Part shown: positions 52,425-63,204 of the stretch, piece by piece
How positions within the stretch are numbered: the stretch's first letter is position 1
How the letters are laid out: every line of letters begins with the position of its first letter
NCBI RefSeq assembly: GCF_963921235.1
Contig: NC_086109.1
Span: 33,294,001 to 33,358,000 of the forward strand
DNA length: 64,000 bases
From: Mobula hypostoma
Taxonomy: Eukaryota
Reading direction: 5' to 3'
Program-made: the position numbers and the translations under genes
The notes under the pieces: model-generated
What the model was told of the DNA's origin: nothing
The model's input: the letters and a program-made list of their open reading frames with translations, nothing else
Database searches by the model: none

Positions 52425-52578
52425 TGCTACGTTCTATAACTTCAAAACATTAAACTAATTCAAAGGAAAACGAGAGAGCTGAGAAATGTGTGTTTTACGT
52501 TTATTCTTTACTTTAAGTGAGGCATTCTCTTGGTTTTCTTCAAACTAATTTAAAGTTTTGAAATTACAAAATGGAACA
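52425..52578. repeat. Imperfect inverted repeat made of two Gypsy LTR ends
   Basis: tgctacgttctataacttcaaaacattaaactaatt ... aactaatttaaagttttgaaattacaaaatggaaca. Both arms resemble the 3' end of the 25093-25341 LTR. Confidence 0.6.
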
Positions 52579-52863
52579 GGGAAGAGCTATACATATGCTG
52601 CTCGGTTATTAATTCTACATGCGCACCAACAAAACCTGGGAATGTGTGCACACGATGTGCACTCATGAAGGACCATAGAAGGAAAAAAAATTCTACATGT
52701 GTAGCCGTGATATACTAGAGTGAAACTATGGAAATCAGCATTGAAGGAGATTTATTAGGTTGTTTGTGTTGTTCTTATAAACTTTTTATTGGCTAGATCA
52801 AGAATTACATTGACAGAGATGAGATACTACTCATTCTCCTGTTGCTAATCATAGCTCTTACTA

Positions 52864-53432
52864 CAGGTCTATAAAACCCTGGTTAGACATCGCTTGAGCG
52901 TTTTGCTAAGTTCTGGTCATCTCATTATAGGAAGGATGTGGAGGCTTTGGAGAGGGTGCAGAAGAGATTAACTAGGATAATACCCGGATTAGAAAGCATA
53001 TTTTATGAGAATAAGTTGAGTGAGCTCGAGCTTTTCTCAATGGAGAGATGGAGGACGAGAGGCGACTTGATTGAGGTGTACGGAATGATGGGAGGCAGAG
53101 ATCGAGATGGGGTGGATAGCCAAAGAGCTTTTCCAGGGCAGAAGTGGCTAATACAAGAGGGCATAACTTTAAGGAATTGGGAAGAAAGTATCGGTGGGGA
53201 AGGGGATATTAGAGGCAGTTTTTTTATACAGGGTGTGGTGGGTGCATGGAACATAGGGCTAGTGATAGAGGCAGATATAATACGAACATTTAAAAGACTC
53301 TTACATAAGCATGTGGATGAATGGAAAATGGAAATCTATATGAGAGGGAAGGGTCAGATTGATCATGACATAGGTTAAAATGTCGGCACAACATCATGAG
53401 CCGAAGGGACTGTACTGTTCTATGTTCTATGT
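52864..53432 (+). mobile_element. CR1 3' fragment
   Basis: ALERVQKRLTRIIPGL...RGDLIEVY, with a (TTCTATG)n tail at 53417-53431. Confidence 0.85.
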
Positions 53433-55194
53433 AATTTTCTCTGGATTTATCACAGGCACAAATGGAATGGAGAAAAGAAAGTACTTTGTGCATTTCCTAC
53501 TGTGGAAAATAAGCAACCATGAACACATTTGTCACATCCACACAATTAGAAGTACTCCCCTGTTAATAAATGAAGCAAAGTCTGTTTTGTTTCCTATTGA
53601 ACCATTACTTAAAAAATCTTAAATCACAGATACTCAAATACATAATAACACGTAATAACAGTAATAACAATTAACAGTTTTATTTTGAAAAATAACTTTA
53701 AAATAGGACGAAAAGAACACCAGAGTGAATTGGTAGTATTAAATGATAGCTTTGATTTTACTTATCTAAATAATATGGAAAACATATGATTTCCTCTGAG
53801 CTGAAAAGAAAGACCGATAAAGATTCCTGCTTGACGGCCACTTTACATTTAATTGTTTACATATGTTCAGCTGTCTGCTGTGGTTGAAAAGTCTTTTCAT
53901 AGTTACTTGTTTACATGAGCATTTAGTGCTGTGAAGTAGCTTCCTGTTCTCTCTATATGTCTGAAACATTGTACTCAATGTTTCTGCTGTTTCCCTTCAA
54001 ATTCTTCCCATTATTTGAAAGTGAAGGCACTTGAGAGAAGAGTTTTATTACTGAACTTGCTAGATTGTCATTAATGAAGACATATTTTAATCATATCAAA
54101 AGTTAAAATTCTTATGCTTCCAATTTACCACAGGGACTTTACCAGTACGGGCATGACTCAGTTATCTGACCACACTTCCTGTACAAACAGTGGAGTAGGA
54201 TTAGGAAGTCTATCCTAAACAAAATTGCAAAACATTCTGCATGAACTCTGCTGCATAATGCAGAGTTGCTGTTCTATTTGAGAAAAAGTGGGTTTTTTTG
54301 GTTGGAGCAATATTTCACAAAAATCATTCATAACTGTATCTGGAGAACTGGGGCACTGCCAATATGTTTGTATTCTCAGAGGGAGCTGACTTCTGTGTGT
54401 TTCTTTTTGTCATGAGCATCCCTTTAAAATAGGTTGCATTAATACCAAATAATACCATGGACAGCAGCATTCTGCAACTGTAAACTTCTTTGAAACCTTT
54501 AACTACTTATTTCTAAGAGCAGTTTAAACCCGAGTCTATTTTATCAAGGAGGTCCTGATATCGAATTAAAAAAAAATATATGCAAGGTAGGACATAGCAA
54601 TTAATTAGGAGAGCATGTTCTTGAGGTTATTTTGTGTTTTTTTTTAGATGTGACAAAGCTCTTGCTTTGCAAGTTCCAGAAAAGTAGCTTGTGTTCATGT
54701 GAAAGAATAGTAAACTAGGTGCTGCTCATGTTGCACTGTTCTTCCATCAGCCTCATGAAAATTCTATTTTGCTATTTGTTTTACTATTTACAAACTTCAA
54801 ATAGTCATAGTCATAGTCATACTTTATTGATCCCGGGGGACACCGGTTTTCGTTACAGTTGCACCATAAATAATAAATAGTAATAGAACCATAAATAGAT
54901 AAATGGTAATATGTAAATTATGCCAGTAAATTATGAAATAAGTCCAGGGTCAGCCTATTGGCTGGATGAGGAGAAATTGCTTATCTGATTGGTGCACATC
55001 ATTTAAGCTTATGGTATAAAGCTAACTCTTGTCACTACAAGTCCTAGTCACTTTTTACTATCTGTTAAATATTAATTATTTCAAATATTTAAGCCACTGT
55101 TAAAGGTATGAAGTTTAATTCCTCCCATCGTTTATTGGCAACGGCCATTTTAGAAAGGCTGATTTTTTTTCCCTTTTCTTTTGATCTATTTCTC

Positions 55195-55560
55195 TGTCTA
55201 TCACATCCATCCGTTGTGGCTATCCCTCGAGGTTGAGGATGATGGTTTTCATTCTGTTGATCTACCTATGGGCTCTCAAGTGGCTTATGAGTCCAATCGT
55301 AGCTTTGAAAGTTCTTCCGCATTCAGGACAGGTAGTTCCAGATGGCAGATCGGGCTTTGGTTGTTGCTGCCTCTCTTTCCATTTTCTTCTCTTTCCTTCT
55401 AATTCTGCACATCTGTTGGCTTCGAAAGTTGCTGTTCCTTCTCGGATGATGGCTTGCCAGAATTTCCTGTCCTTGGTATTGGTTTCCCAATTGTTGATGT
55501 CGATGTTACATTTCTTCATGTTGGCTTTTAAGACGTCTTTGAATCTGGTTAACCTGCCTT
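55195..55560 (-). mobile_element. RTE LINE 3' end with C2H2 finger
   Basis: RFKDVLKANMKKCNID...CPECGRTFKATIGLISHLRAH. Confidence 0.8.
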
Positions 55561-56511
55561 TGATTTTAATATAATTTGAAATCGAATTCACCCACGTTTA
55601 TACTTCTTTCTCTATTGCTTAAGTCTTAATATTAGAATCCCTGGATAGATTGGGATCAATACACACTAGGAGTCCTACTCATTTAGATACACGTGCCTCG
55701 CTTCCCTCTGCAATGTTTTCAGCAGCATGCAAGAGCAAGTGTAATTAACATTTGGTGCCCCCAGATGACTTCTATAGTAAATCTGGTCATTCTAGATATA
55801 GGTTGTTACTCAGCAGCAAAGAGAAATACATCCTGTTACAGTATTTCCACTCCAACATTCTAATTTATCTAATGCATTCCATTGCTCTGTTTAATTTTGT
55901 TTGTGTAATGGAATAACTGAAACCATCTGTAGCTTATATCAAAATCTAATCTTATAAGCAATGGATTTTTCATTCAAAAACTCAAATTTCAAGTCATTAC
56001 TAATATTTTAGTAAACATTAAAAAATATATTAAAAAAACAAAATACTGCAAAATCTGAATTAAAATAGAAATTAATGTAAATACGAAGCAGGTCAAGGTG
56101 CAGCGATATAAAGAACAACAAAGTGATTATGACTTAGCCTAAAGATAAGATGTGGCTTACAAACTCCCAGTGAAAAGGCCTTTCAAGGCGTTCAGTTGTG
56201 CCAAAATATAAGATCTGGAAACCTATCATTAAATCGAAATCGCTGGAATCCCCTACCTCCACCCACATGGATTGTAATTTTTCAAGATCCAGAAGTATGT
56301 TACCAAGGGCAATAAATGTGTCTTGCCAGTGACACCAGGTCTTCTGAACTTTAAAAAAATCTAGCAGGAATATTTAGCTTTCACATTAAAACAGATAGTA
56401 TATTGTTTAAAGCAAACAACAGGAATTCTGCAGATGCTGGAAATTCAAGCAACACACATCAAAGTTGCTGGTGAACGCAGCAGGCCAAGCAGCATTTGTA
56501 GGAAGAGGTAC

Positions 56512-56547
56512 AGTCGACATTTCAGGCTGAGACCCTTCGTCAGGACT
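56512..56547 (-). ncRNA. Minimal hammerhead ribozyme motif (GAAAT variant)
   Basis: The reverse complement reads agtc-CTGACGA-agg(gtctcag)cct-GAAAT-GTC-gact. Confidence 0.7.
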
Positions 56548-57206
56548 AACTGAAGGAAGAGTGAGTAAGGGATTTGAAAGTTGGAGGGGGAGGGGGAGAT
56601 CCAAAATGATAGGGGAAGACAGGAGGGGGAGGGATAGAGCCGAGAGCTGGACAGGTGATAGGCAAAAGGGGATACAAGAGGATCATGGGACAGGAGGTCT
56701 GGGAAGAAAGACAAGGGGGGGGGACCCAGAGGATGGGCAAGAGGTATATTCAGAGGGACAGAGGGAGAAAAAGGAGAGTGAGAGAAAGAATGTGTGTATA
56801 AGTAACAGATGGGGTACGAGGGGGAGGTGGGGCCTTAGCGGAAGTTAGAGAAGTCGACGTTCATGCCATCAGGTTGGAGACTACCCAGACGGAATATAAG
56901 GTGTTGTTCCTCCAACCTGAGTGTGGCTTCATCTTTACAGTAGAGGAGGCCGTGGATAGACATGTCAGAATGGGAATGGGATGTGGAATTAAAATATGTG
57001 GCCACTGGGAGATCCTGCTTTCTCTGGCGGACAGAGCGTAGATGTTCAGCAAAGCAGACTCCCAGTCTGCGTCAGGTCTCACCAATATATAAAAGGCCAC
57101 ATCGGGAGCACCGGACGCAGTATATCACCCCAGTCGACTTTCAAATCAACTTTCATTCGACCTCCCCCTCCAACTTTCAAATCCCTTACTCACTCTTCCT
57201 TCAGTT

Positions 57207-57242
57207 AGTCCTGACGAAGGGTCTCGGCCTGAAACGTCGACT
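57207..57242 (+). ncRNA. Minimal hammerhead ribozyme motif
   Basis: agtc-CTGACGA-agg(gtctcgg)cct-GAAAC-GTC-gact, with all core residues intact. Confidence 0.8.
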
Positions 57243-57989
57243 GCACCTCTTCCTACAGATGCTGCCTGGCCTGCTGCGTTCACCAGCAACTTTGATGTGT
57301 GTTGCTTATATTGTTTAAAGCAGTGACTTTAAATTTATGGGACTTTCAAAGCAATCTTTTCAGTAACAACAGTTTAAACATTTCTAGACAATTCAAGTCT
57401 TATTCATTGTGCCTGTTTTGAGGATTTTATGTCCCAGGTTATCAAAACCAGCATTTTTAATAAGTATTTTATGGAATCAGTGGTCCTCATTGTCATCATC
57501 TGCACATCAGATGGGATCACCTGAAATTTTTAAAAAAGCTTCATAAATGTGTTCCAATGATAAGGTGAGGTCACAAAGTGTTGATCAGCTAGTTAATTCT
57601 CTTCAGTGGGAGTGTAGAAATTATGTGGACTAAATCAGGAAGGAAAATTGTAACTATCAGCCTGAGAAAGTATAGCTTAGAAAGAACATTACTCCTGCCC
57701 ACTTAAGTGAAAAATATATGTGAGAAGAAATTCAGGTATTAAGAAGAAGTTAAGGTATTAAGTTGAAGCACAACTAATTTAAAGGTCACCAGATTTGCAT
57801 CTTTTTATACTACAGTATATTTTAGCATAAATATATATAGTGTTTAAAAGCTCCTGAACCTCATCGACATAAATAAAGACCTTCAGTCACCAAGCATCAG
57901 GGGTAAACAAATAACGAAATTGAGAGCCTCAACTGAAAAATGCCACCAGAGAAACGTGGATGTAGTTTTTACATCTGCCTAAGAGATAG

Positions 57990-58112
57990 TAAAGTCAGCG
58001 GAGCTGTTTCTGATTTTGGAACCCGGGAAAAGCCGTAGGCAGGGAGCAGATAGGAAGCGTGCGCTATCCTGATCAAAGTCTCGCCGCCTGGTGGGGAGGG
58101 AACAAAGTGAGT
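57990..58112 (+). promoter_or_regulatory. CpG-retaining region with candidate alternative first exon of the HMGA gene
   Basis: Local cluster of CpGs (cagcggag, cccggg, gcgtgcgc, tcgccgcc) in non-repeat DNA, ending in a donor AAA|GTGAGT at 58107. Confidence 0.4.
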
Positions 58113-58310
58113 CCCGTCCCAGGGCATGTGATAGTGCAAAGCATAAACCTCTGTACGTTGGCATGCGTAATAGGATCACTGCAACATGTTTTACATATTG
58201 ATAATTTGTCCAAAAAAAGATCCTTAGTTGCAAACAATAATAGTGAGTGCACATATTTGAGTGGGTAGATCATCCCTTAGGAGTATTCTGTTTAATAACC
58301 TGCTGGATGG

Positions 58311-58537
58311 GATCCAATCAGAACTTGGTTTGCTGCTATGTAACTCAGCCCAGGCTGTGGAAAGTGCTTTGATATTGTTTAGGTTTTATTTAAATTACTT
58401 TTTATATACTGTATAAAAATATCATCACTGTGCAGAGTATTGCCCGCCTTTGGATCTGAGCCAAGAGTGTTTTTTTTCATTTTCATTCTCCGTTTCCTTC
58501 CACCCGCCGTATTAGAGCAGCGTGATCATCATTCAGG
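58311..58537 (+). promoter_or_regulatory. Candidate HMGA core promoter and non-coding 5' exon
   Basis: CCAATCA at 58314 and TATAAAA at 58412-58418, followed by CpG-containing sequence and a possible donor AGG|GTACGA at 58538, about 300 bp upstream of the ATG-exon acceptor. Confidence 0.45.
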
Positions 58538-58847
58538 GTACGAATTGACTTTAGAGGCAGGCCTAGTGTGTGTTATATGTGGGCTCTGCATTTGTACCAG
58601 CTTTTGTTTTATTTTGATCAAGGAGGGAAAGAGATTTCTATTGCACATTGGACGTTGCTTTCCTGTGAGTGTTTATTTTTTAATTTAATTTGCCTTGTGA
58701 GCACAGCAATGCAAGCTTTTATTTGCATCGGTTGTACGGAAATGTTTACTGTGGGAAGTTTCAATTTCTCTTTGCTGCATTGAAGCAATTTAATCCTCTG
58801 TCCTTTCTGCTTAAATAGGTGACTTACTCTTTTGCAGAAAAATAACG

Positions 58848-58949
58848 ATGAGTGACACAGGTGCAAAATCCAGCCAACCTTTAGCAGTAAAGCAGGAGAA
58901 GGACGTAACACCAAAGAGAGGACGCGGCAGACCCAGGAAGCAAACCCAA
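58848..58949 (+). CDS. HMGA1: HMGA1-like AT-hook protein, first coding exon (MSDTGAKSSQPLAVKQEKDVTPKRGRGRPRKQTQ)
   Basis: Acceptor ...cttttgcag ends at 58837, ATG is at 58848, and 34 codons precede a phase-0 donor CAA|GTATGA at 58950. Contains AT-hook 1 (KRGRGRPRK). The N-terminus closely resembles vertebrate HMGA1 (recalled human MSESSSKSSQPLASKQEKDGTEKRGRGRPRKQPP). Confidence 0.93.
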
Positions 58950-59479
58950 GTATGAATTGTGTAAATTCTAAAATACTTTATATATAGAACTGGATGTGGC
59001 ATAATTTCTTTCCAAATGGCAAGACGATTAAACACACGCGTAAAGCAATTTCAGCTGAACATGTATCTATTTTTTCTTATTACTTTTCATCTTACCGACT
59101 ATAGAACACTTTTTTTTGCAAATACCATTTTAATGCAAGTTTTTACTGCTTTAAATATGCAAATAGCATCTTCCGAATGCTAACACATCTCCATAAAACA
59201 CGATGTTGTAATCGGTTGCAGTTTTAATTCGATTTTAAGTACAGAATGCAGAAAGAAATTTTTTGAATAATTTATCGATTTCAAAACTACGAATTGCGCA
59301 GCACCGTAAAGCTGTAAAGGAACAAGCAGGTGTACATTTTCTTTGCTGAATTTTATTTGCACGACCCTCGAGGTACACTTCGGGGTTGCAAGCCAGTTGC
59401 TGTGGTTTTATTTTGCAGCACGTTGCATTCTCTCCTTTTGCTGAGGTTTTGCCTTTTGTTATAACGTTGCTTTCAGCAC

Positions 59480-59700
59480 CAGCGCATAGCGAGACCTTTA
59501 AACCATGGTGAACCGGTAGTCCCGGCCCCTTGCCTCTGGTAATTGGTCGGGCGACGGAGGTCGCCAGGCTGCTGCTGGCTGGAAGGGCTGCCAATCAGCG
59601 AAGAATCCTCCAACTGTTTGGTTACGTTCACTTTGCACTGGGTGACGTCACCATGTTGCTCATGGCCGCCAGCCAAACAGGACTTGGTAGGTGGTTCATG
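59480..59700. promoter_or_regulatory. Intronic CpG-rich element with two CCAAT boxes and a full CRE palindrome
   Basis: ATTGG at ~59542, CCAATCAG at 59591, and GGTGACGTCACC at 59641-59652 (a perfect 12-bp palindrome containing TGACGTCA). GC/CpG-rich against AT-rich flanks. Confidence 0.55.
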
Positions 59701-60722
59701 GCAGGAAGGCTTTTAACATTTTAATTGTGATTTCTGTTCCCTCTGCCTGTTGATTAAGATCATGTTATACTAATATCATTTGGAAGTTAATTGAAAAGTC
59801 ATTTTCCTCACTGAAGAACGAAAGGTAAGATTTCAGACACACCAAACGTGCTATTTCAAAATAGGGTGGTGTGGTAATGAAATCACTTTTGCCTCCCATT
59901 CATTCCCTCTTGTCGAAATTACAGACTGTGCTTTTGAACATTTTGTAAGGAATTTGGTCCTCTGATTATTTCCTGGCAAGAACACACTTGTATAAGAGTT
60001 TTGTCATTTCACTGCTGCATTGCAAGCTTTTTCAGTTTTCTGTGTTTTACTTGAATAATGCTTGAAGCCCTCTAATGGGGAATTCTGATTGGATTGGAGA
60101 CAAAGGCAAAGGTTATTATTTTAATGAGCTAGAAAATGTTATTTGATAAAGCGTCAATGGAAGCGTAACGCAAAATGCAGGTGGAATTCAGCAGGTCACG
60201 TAGTGTGCATGGAGGGAAATGGACAGTCAACATTTTGGATTGTGACTCTCCATCTAGACTTCGTTGGATTCAGCCCAAAATGCCAATTATCCTTCTTCCC
60301 TTCATAGATGCTTCCTGACTCACTGAGTTCCTGCAGATTCCAGCATTTGCGGTCTCTTGTGTATCATCGAAGAGATTGCCTTGTCAGTTTCCAAAGCAAC
60401 TCCCTTAAGTGGTCTCAAGCAGTGAATTGATAGCCTGCGATCATAGTCCTGAATGATCTAGTTTGGTTCTTTGTAAGTTTTGTGCATAAATCCTATGAGA
60501 ACACCTTTTTATTCAATATCTCTTTTTGTTTTTGGTAGTGGTATGTGAATTCTGTAAAGATGAATTTTTGTTAAGTGATCTGCAGTTACATGGAGTTACA
60601 TTGTACTTAGGGAGAGAGCAACGGTGTGAATGAGTTTAAATAAGGCTAATGTGAAGCAAATATTTTACTTTACCCTGATTGAGTCAGTAATTCTGATTAA
60701 AACCTTTTTATTCTCTTTAAAG

Positions 60723-60809
60723 GAACCAACGGGGGCTCCTACTCCAAAGCGTTCACGAGGAAGACCACGAGGAAGTAAAAATAAGGTTTCTCCTTCTAAA
60801 TCTGGCAGT
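60723..60809 (+). CDS. HMGA1: HMGA-family second coding exon (EPTGAPTPKRSRGRPRGSKNKVSPSKSGS), AT-hook 2
   Basis: Pyrimidine tract with tttaaAG acceptor (60721-60722), 87 nt open in phase 0, donor AGT|GTAAGT at 60810. Splices in frame to the 58848-58949 exon. The TPKRxRGRPxGSKNK motif is diagnostic for HMGA. Confidence 0.93.
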
Positions 60810-60887
60810 GTAAGTACATGCATTTGCAAGAACACCAGGGTCTCAGTAAATGTTCATATTTGTCATTGAAGGTATTTGTAAATCTTC

Positions 60888-61064
60888 CCCTCCCCCTTCC
60901 TTTTTATTCTGGTGTTTTCCTCCCCTTCCTTTCCAGTCATGAGGAAAGGTTTCAGCCTGAAACATCGACTGTTTACTCATTTCCATATTTGCTGCCTAAC
61001 TTGCTGAGTTTCTCCAGCATTTTGTGTGTGTTGCTTTGGATTTCCAGCATCTGCAGACTTTCTT
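60888..61064 (+). mobile_element. Penelope pLTR fragment in HMGA intron
   Basis: pLTR 3' end with decayed hammerhead (agtc-atgagga...gcct-GAAAC-atc-gact). TSD GTATTTGTAAATCTTC at 60872-60887 and 61065-61080. Confidence 0.8.
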
Positions 61065-61619
61065 GTATTTGTAAATCTTCATTTGATGTTCCTCGTATTT
61101 TTGAGTAACTTGGTGAGATAAACTCATTTTCAGACATAAGTTTGCATAGAAGTGAAATGTACAATGATTTTATCTTTCGGAGTTGTGTGTATGCTGGTAA
61201 TTCTGGGGTTTTTTTGTGGTGTATTTGTGCCCAGTGAGTAAAGATGTATTTCTTCATGATAAAGCATCATGATTGACGTTAATAGTTAATTAGTGGAAAC
61301 TTTTATTTGGAAAATTTTTGACTGACATGTGGAACAGTTATTTGAGTATACAGCAGAAGGTATAGCAGATTGCTTGTCAGTCTTAGTCTCAACCTCAACC
61401 TGTTTTTCATTGTGTCTCACTGCCAAGCATGGCCGTTGAAACACTCCATAGATAGATAAAATAGAAATTTCTGTTGAATATATGTAGAAATAGTGTTCTC
61501 TTCAGAACAGAAGTAATGTTACTCAATACTAAAGTAAAAGTTGAGTTTGTTATATGCACAAGTACATGTAAGTACAGATCTAATGAAAAATTTACTTGTA
61601 GCAGTAGCACAGATACATA

Positions 61620-62445
61620 GATTGAAGTAAATTTATTATCAAAGTACATATATGTCACCATATACAGCACTGAGATTCATTTTCTTGCAGGCATAATCAA
61701 TAGTTAATAGAATAACAACCATTATAGGATCAATGAAAGACTGCACCAATTTGGGTGTTCAACCAGTGTGGAAAAGCCAACAAACAATAATCATAATAAG
61801 TAAGTGATAAATATTGAGAAAATGAGATGAGGAGTCTTGGTTGTGGGAGCATTTCATTGATGGGGCAAGTGAAGCCAGATGAAGTTATCCTCTTTGGTTC
61901 AAGAGCCTGATGGCTGAAGGGTAATAACTGTTCTTGATCCTGGTGGTCTGAGTCCTGAGGCTCCTGTATCTTCTTCCTGATGGCAACAGTGGGAGTAGAA
62001 CGTGTGATGGGAGTCCCTGTTGATTAACGCTGCTTTCCTGTGACGATGTTTTCTGTAGATGTGCTCAGTGGTGGGGATGGCTTTACTCATGATGGACTGG
62101 TCCATATCCATAACTCAGTAGGCCAGGCAGCATCTATGGAAAAGAGTACAGTCGACATTTCGGGCCGAGACTCTTCAGCAGGCCAGGACCTGGCCCGTTG
62201 TGGTCCTCCAGCAATTTGTGTGTGCTGCTTGGACTTTCTCTTGTTCGTATCCACAACTTGTAGCATTTTCCATTCAAGGGCATTGGTGTTTCCATACTAG
62301 GCTGGGATGCAACTAGTCCTCTCCTCTACATATCTATAGAAATTTGTTAAAGTTTTAGATGTCATTCCAAATCAAGAAGTAGAGTAGAAGCATTGCCGTG
62401 CTTTCTTTGTAATTGCAGTTATGTGCTGGGCCCAGGAAAATCTTC
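61620..62445 (-). mobile_element. Rex1-type LINE 3' fragment with nested Penelope fold-back (~62116-62246)
   Basis: Rex1-like 3' ORF and UTR. The nested piece is flanked by tatccataact/tatccacaact. Confidence 0.7.
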
Positions 62446-63204
62446 AATCAGCAATTTTGAATGTGGTGTTAGAGACAATATTCATAAGAGAAGCATAAAT
62501 TATACAAGGAGAAACAGGATTAGAACAAAAAAAATGTGGTCGTGTTTGTTGCTTTAGTGAAGTAGGGCTGTGCAATTTGACTAATCTCCTTTAATACACC
62601 TTGTATGAAATACTTCTGGTAGGTTAAACACATGAACTTCTTATAATTACAAATGGTTCACTCTTTTTTTAAAACAAGTTGTCTACCACAGTTACTACTG
62701 TGGGAAAGTTGGGGCCATTACTGTATTGCAAAATAGGGGCATTTGTTTTTCACCTTTCTGCGTTAGTGAAGCATTAATGCCCACCTTTGCTGTGATTTAC
62801 TCAAATTTTTAAATTGTTATCTGTATATGGATGAACGATCTGGCAGTTCTAGACTGGTTGCAATGTTAACTTGCATGCTGCATTGAACATGACAGACTGG
62901 ATCATGTGGCAGGCATTATAAAATGGATAACTACCTGAAGCACCATAATCATAATGGATCAAGAGCTGAGAAATGGGGTTAACCTGAAATCCATCTTTTA
63001 GCTAGCATGAACAATGATTGAATGATTTTTCTTAATGCTGTAAATCTCTCTGATTCTGCAGTGCATTAGTAGGTACTGAGATGCAGGATACTTGGATAAT
63101 GCTTTTAACCACATCAATTAAGGGGAAAAAAGTAAAGTTCGGATGTACTTGGTGAATGATCAATTTTGTAAGTCCATAGTCTGTATTTTCTTTTAGAACA
63201 GATG

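Larger units (their letters stand above)
56412..57307 (-). mobile_element. Neptune/Penelope copy: 3' portion (GIY-YIG and pLTR) on the minus strand plus an inverted partial pLTR
   Basis: 56412-57139 is the near-identical reverse complement of ~5497-6229, and 57161-57307 is the pLTR in the + orientation. Flanked by duplicated tatattgtttaaa(gca) at 56399-56414 and 57307-57322. Confidence 0.93.

Noticed and set aside
55262-55591. C2H2 zinc-finger host gene
   Set aside because: It is the single terminal C2H2 of an RTE ORF followed by a retroposon tail, with no exon structure.
59235-59724. ORFs over the intronic GC-rich element
   Set aside because: No recognisable protein features, and such ORFs are expected from locally high GC.
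60630-60869. 79-aa ORF as a standalone AT-hook microprotein
   Set aside because: It is the HMGA exon plus intron read-through, and clear splice sites define the true exon.
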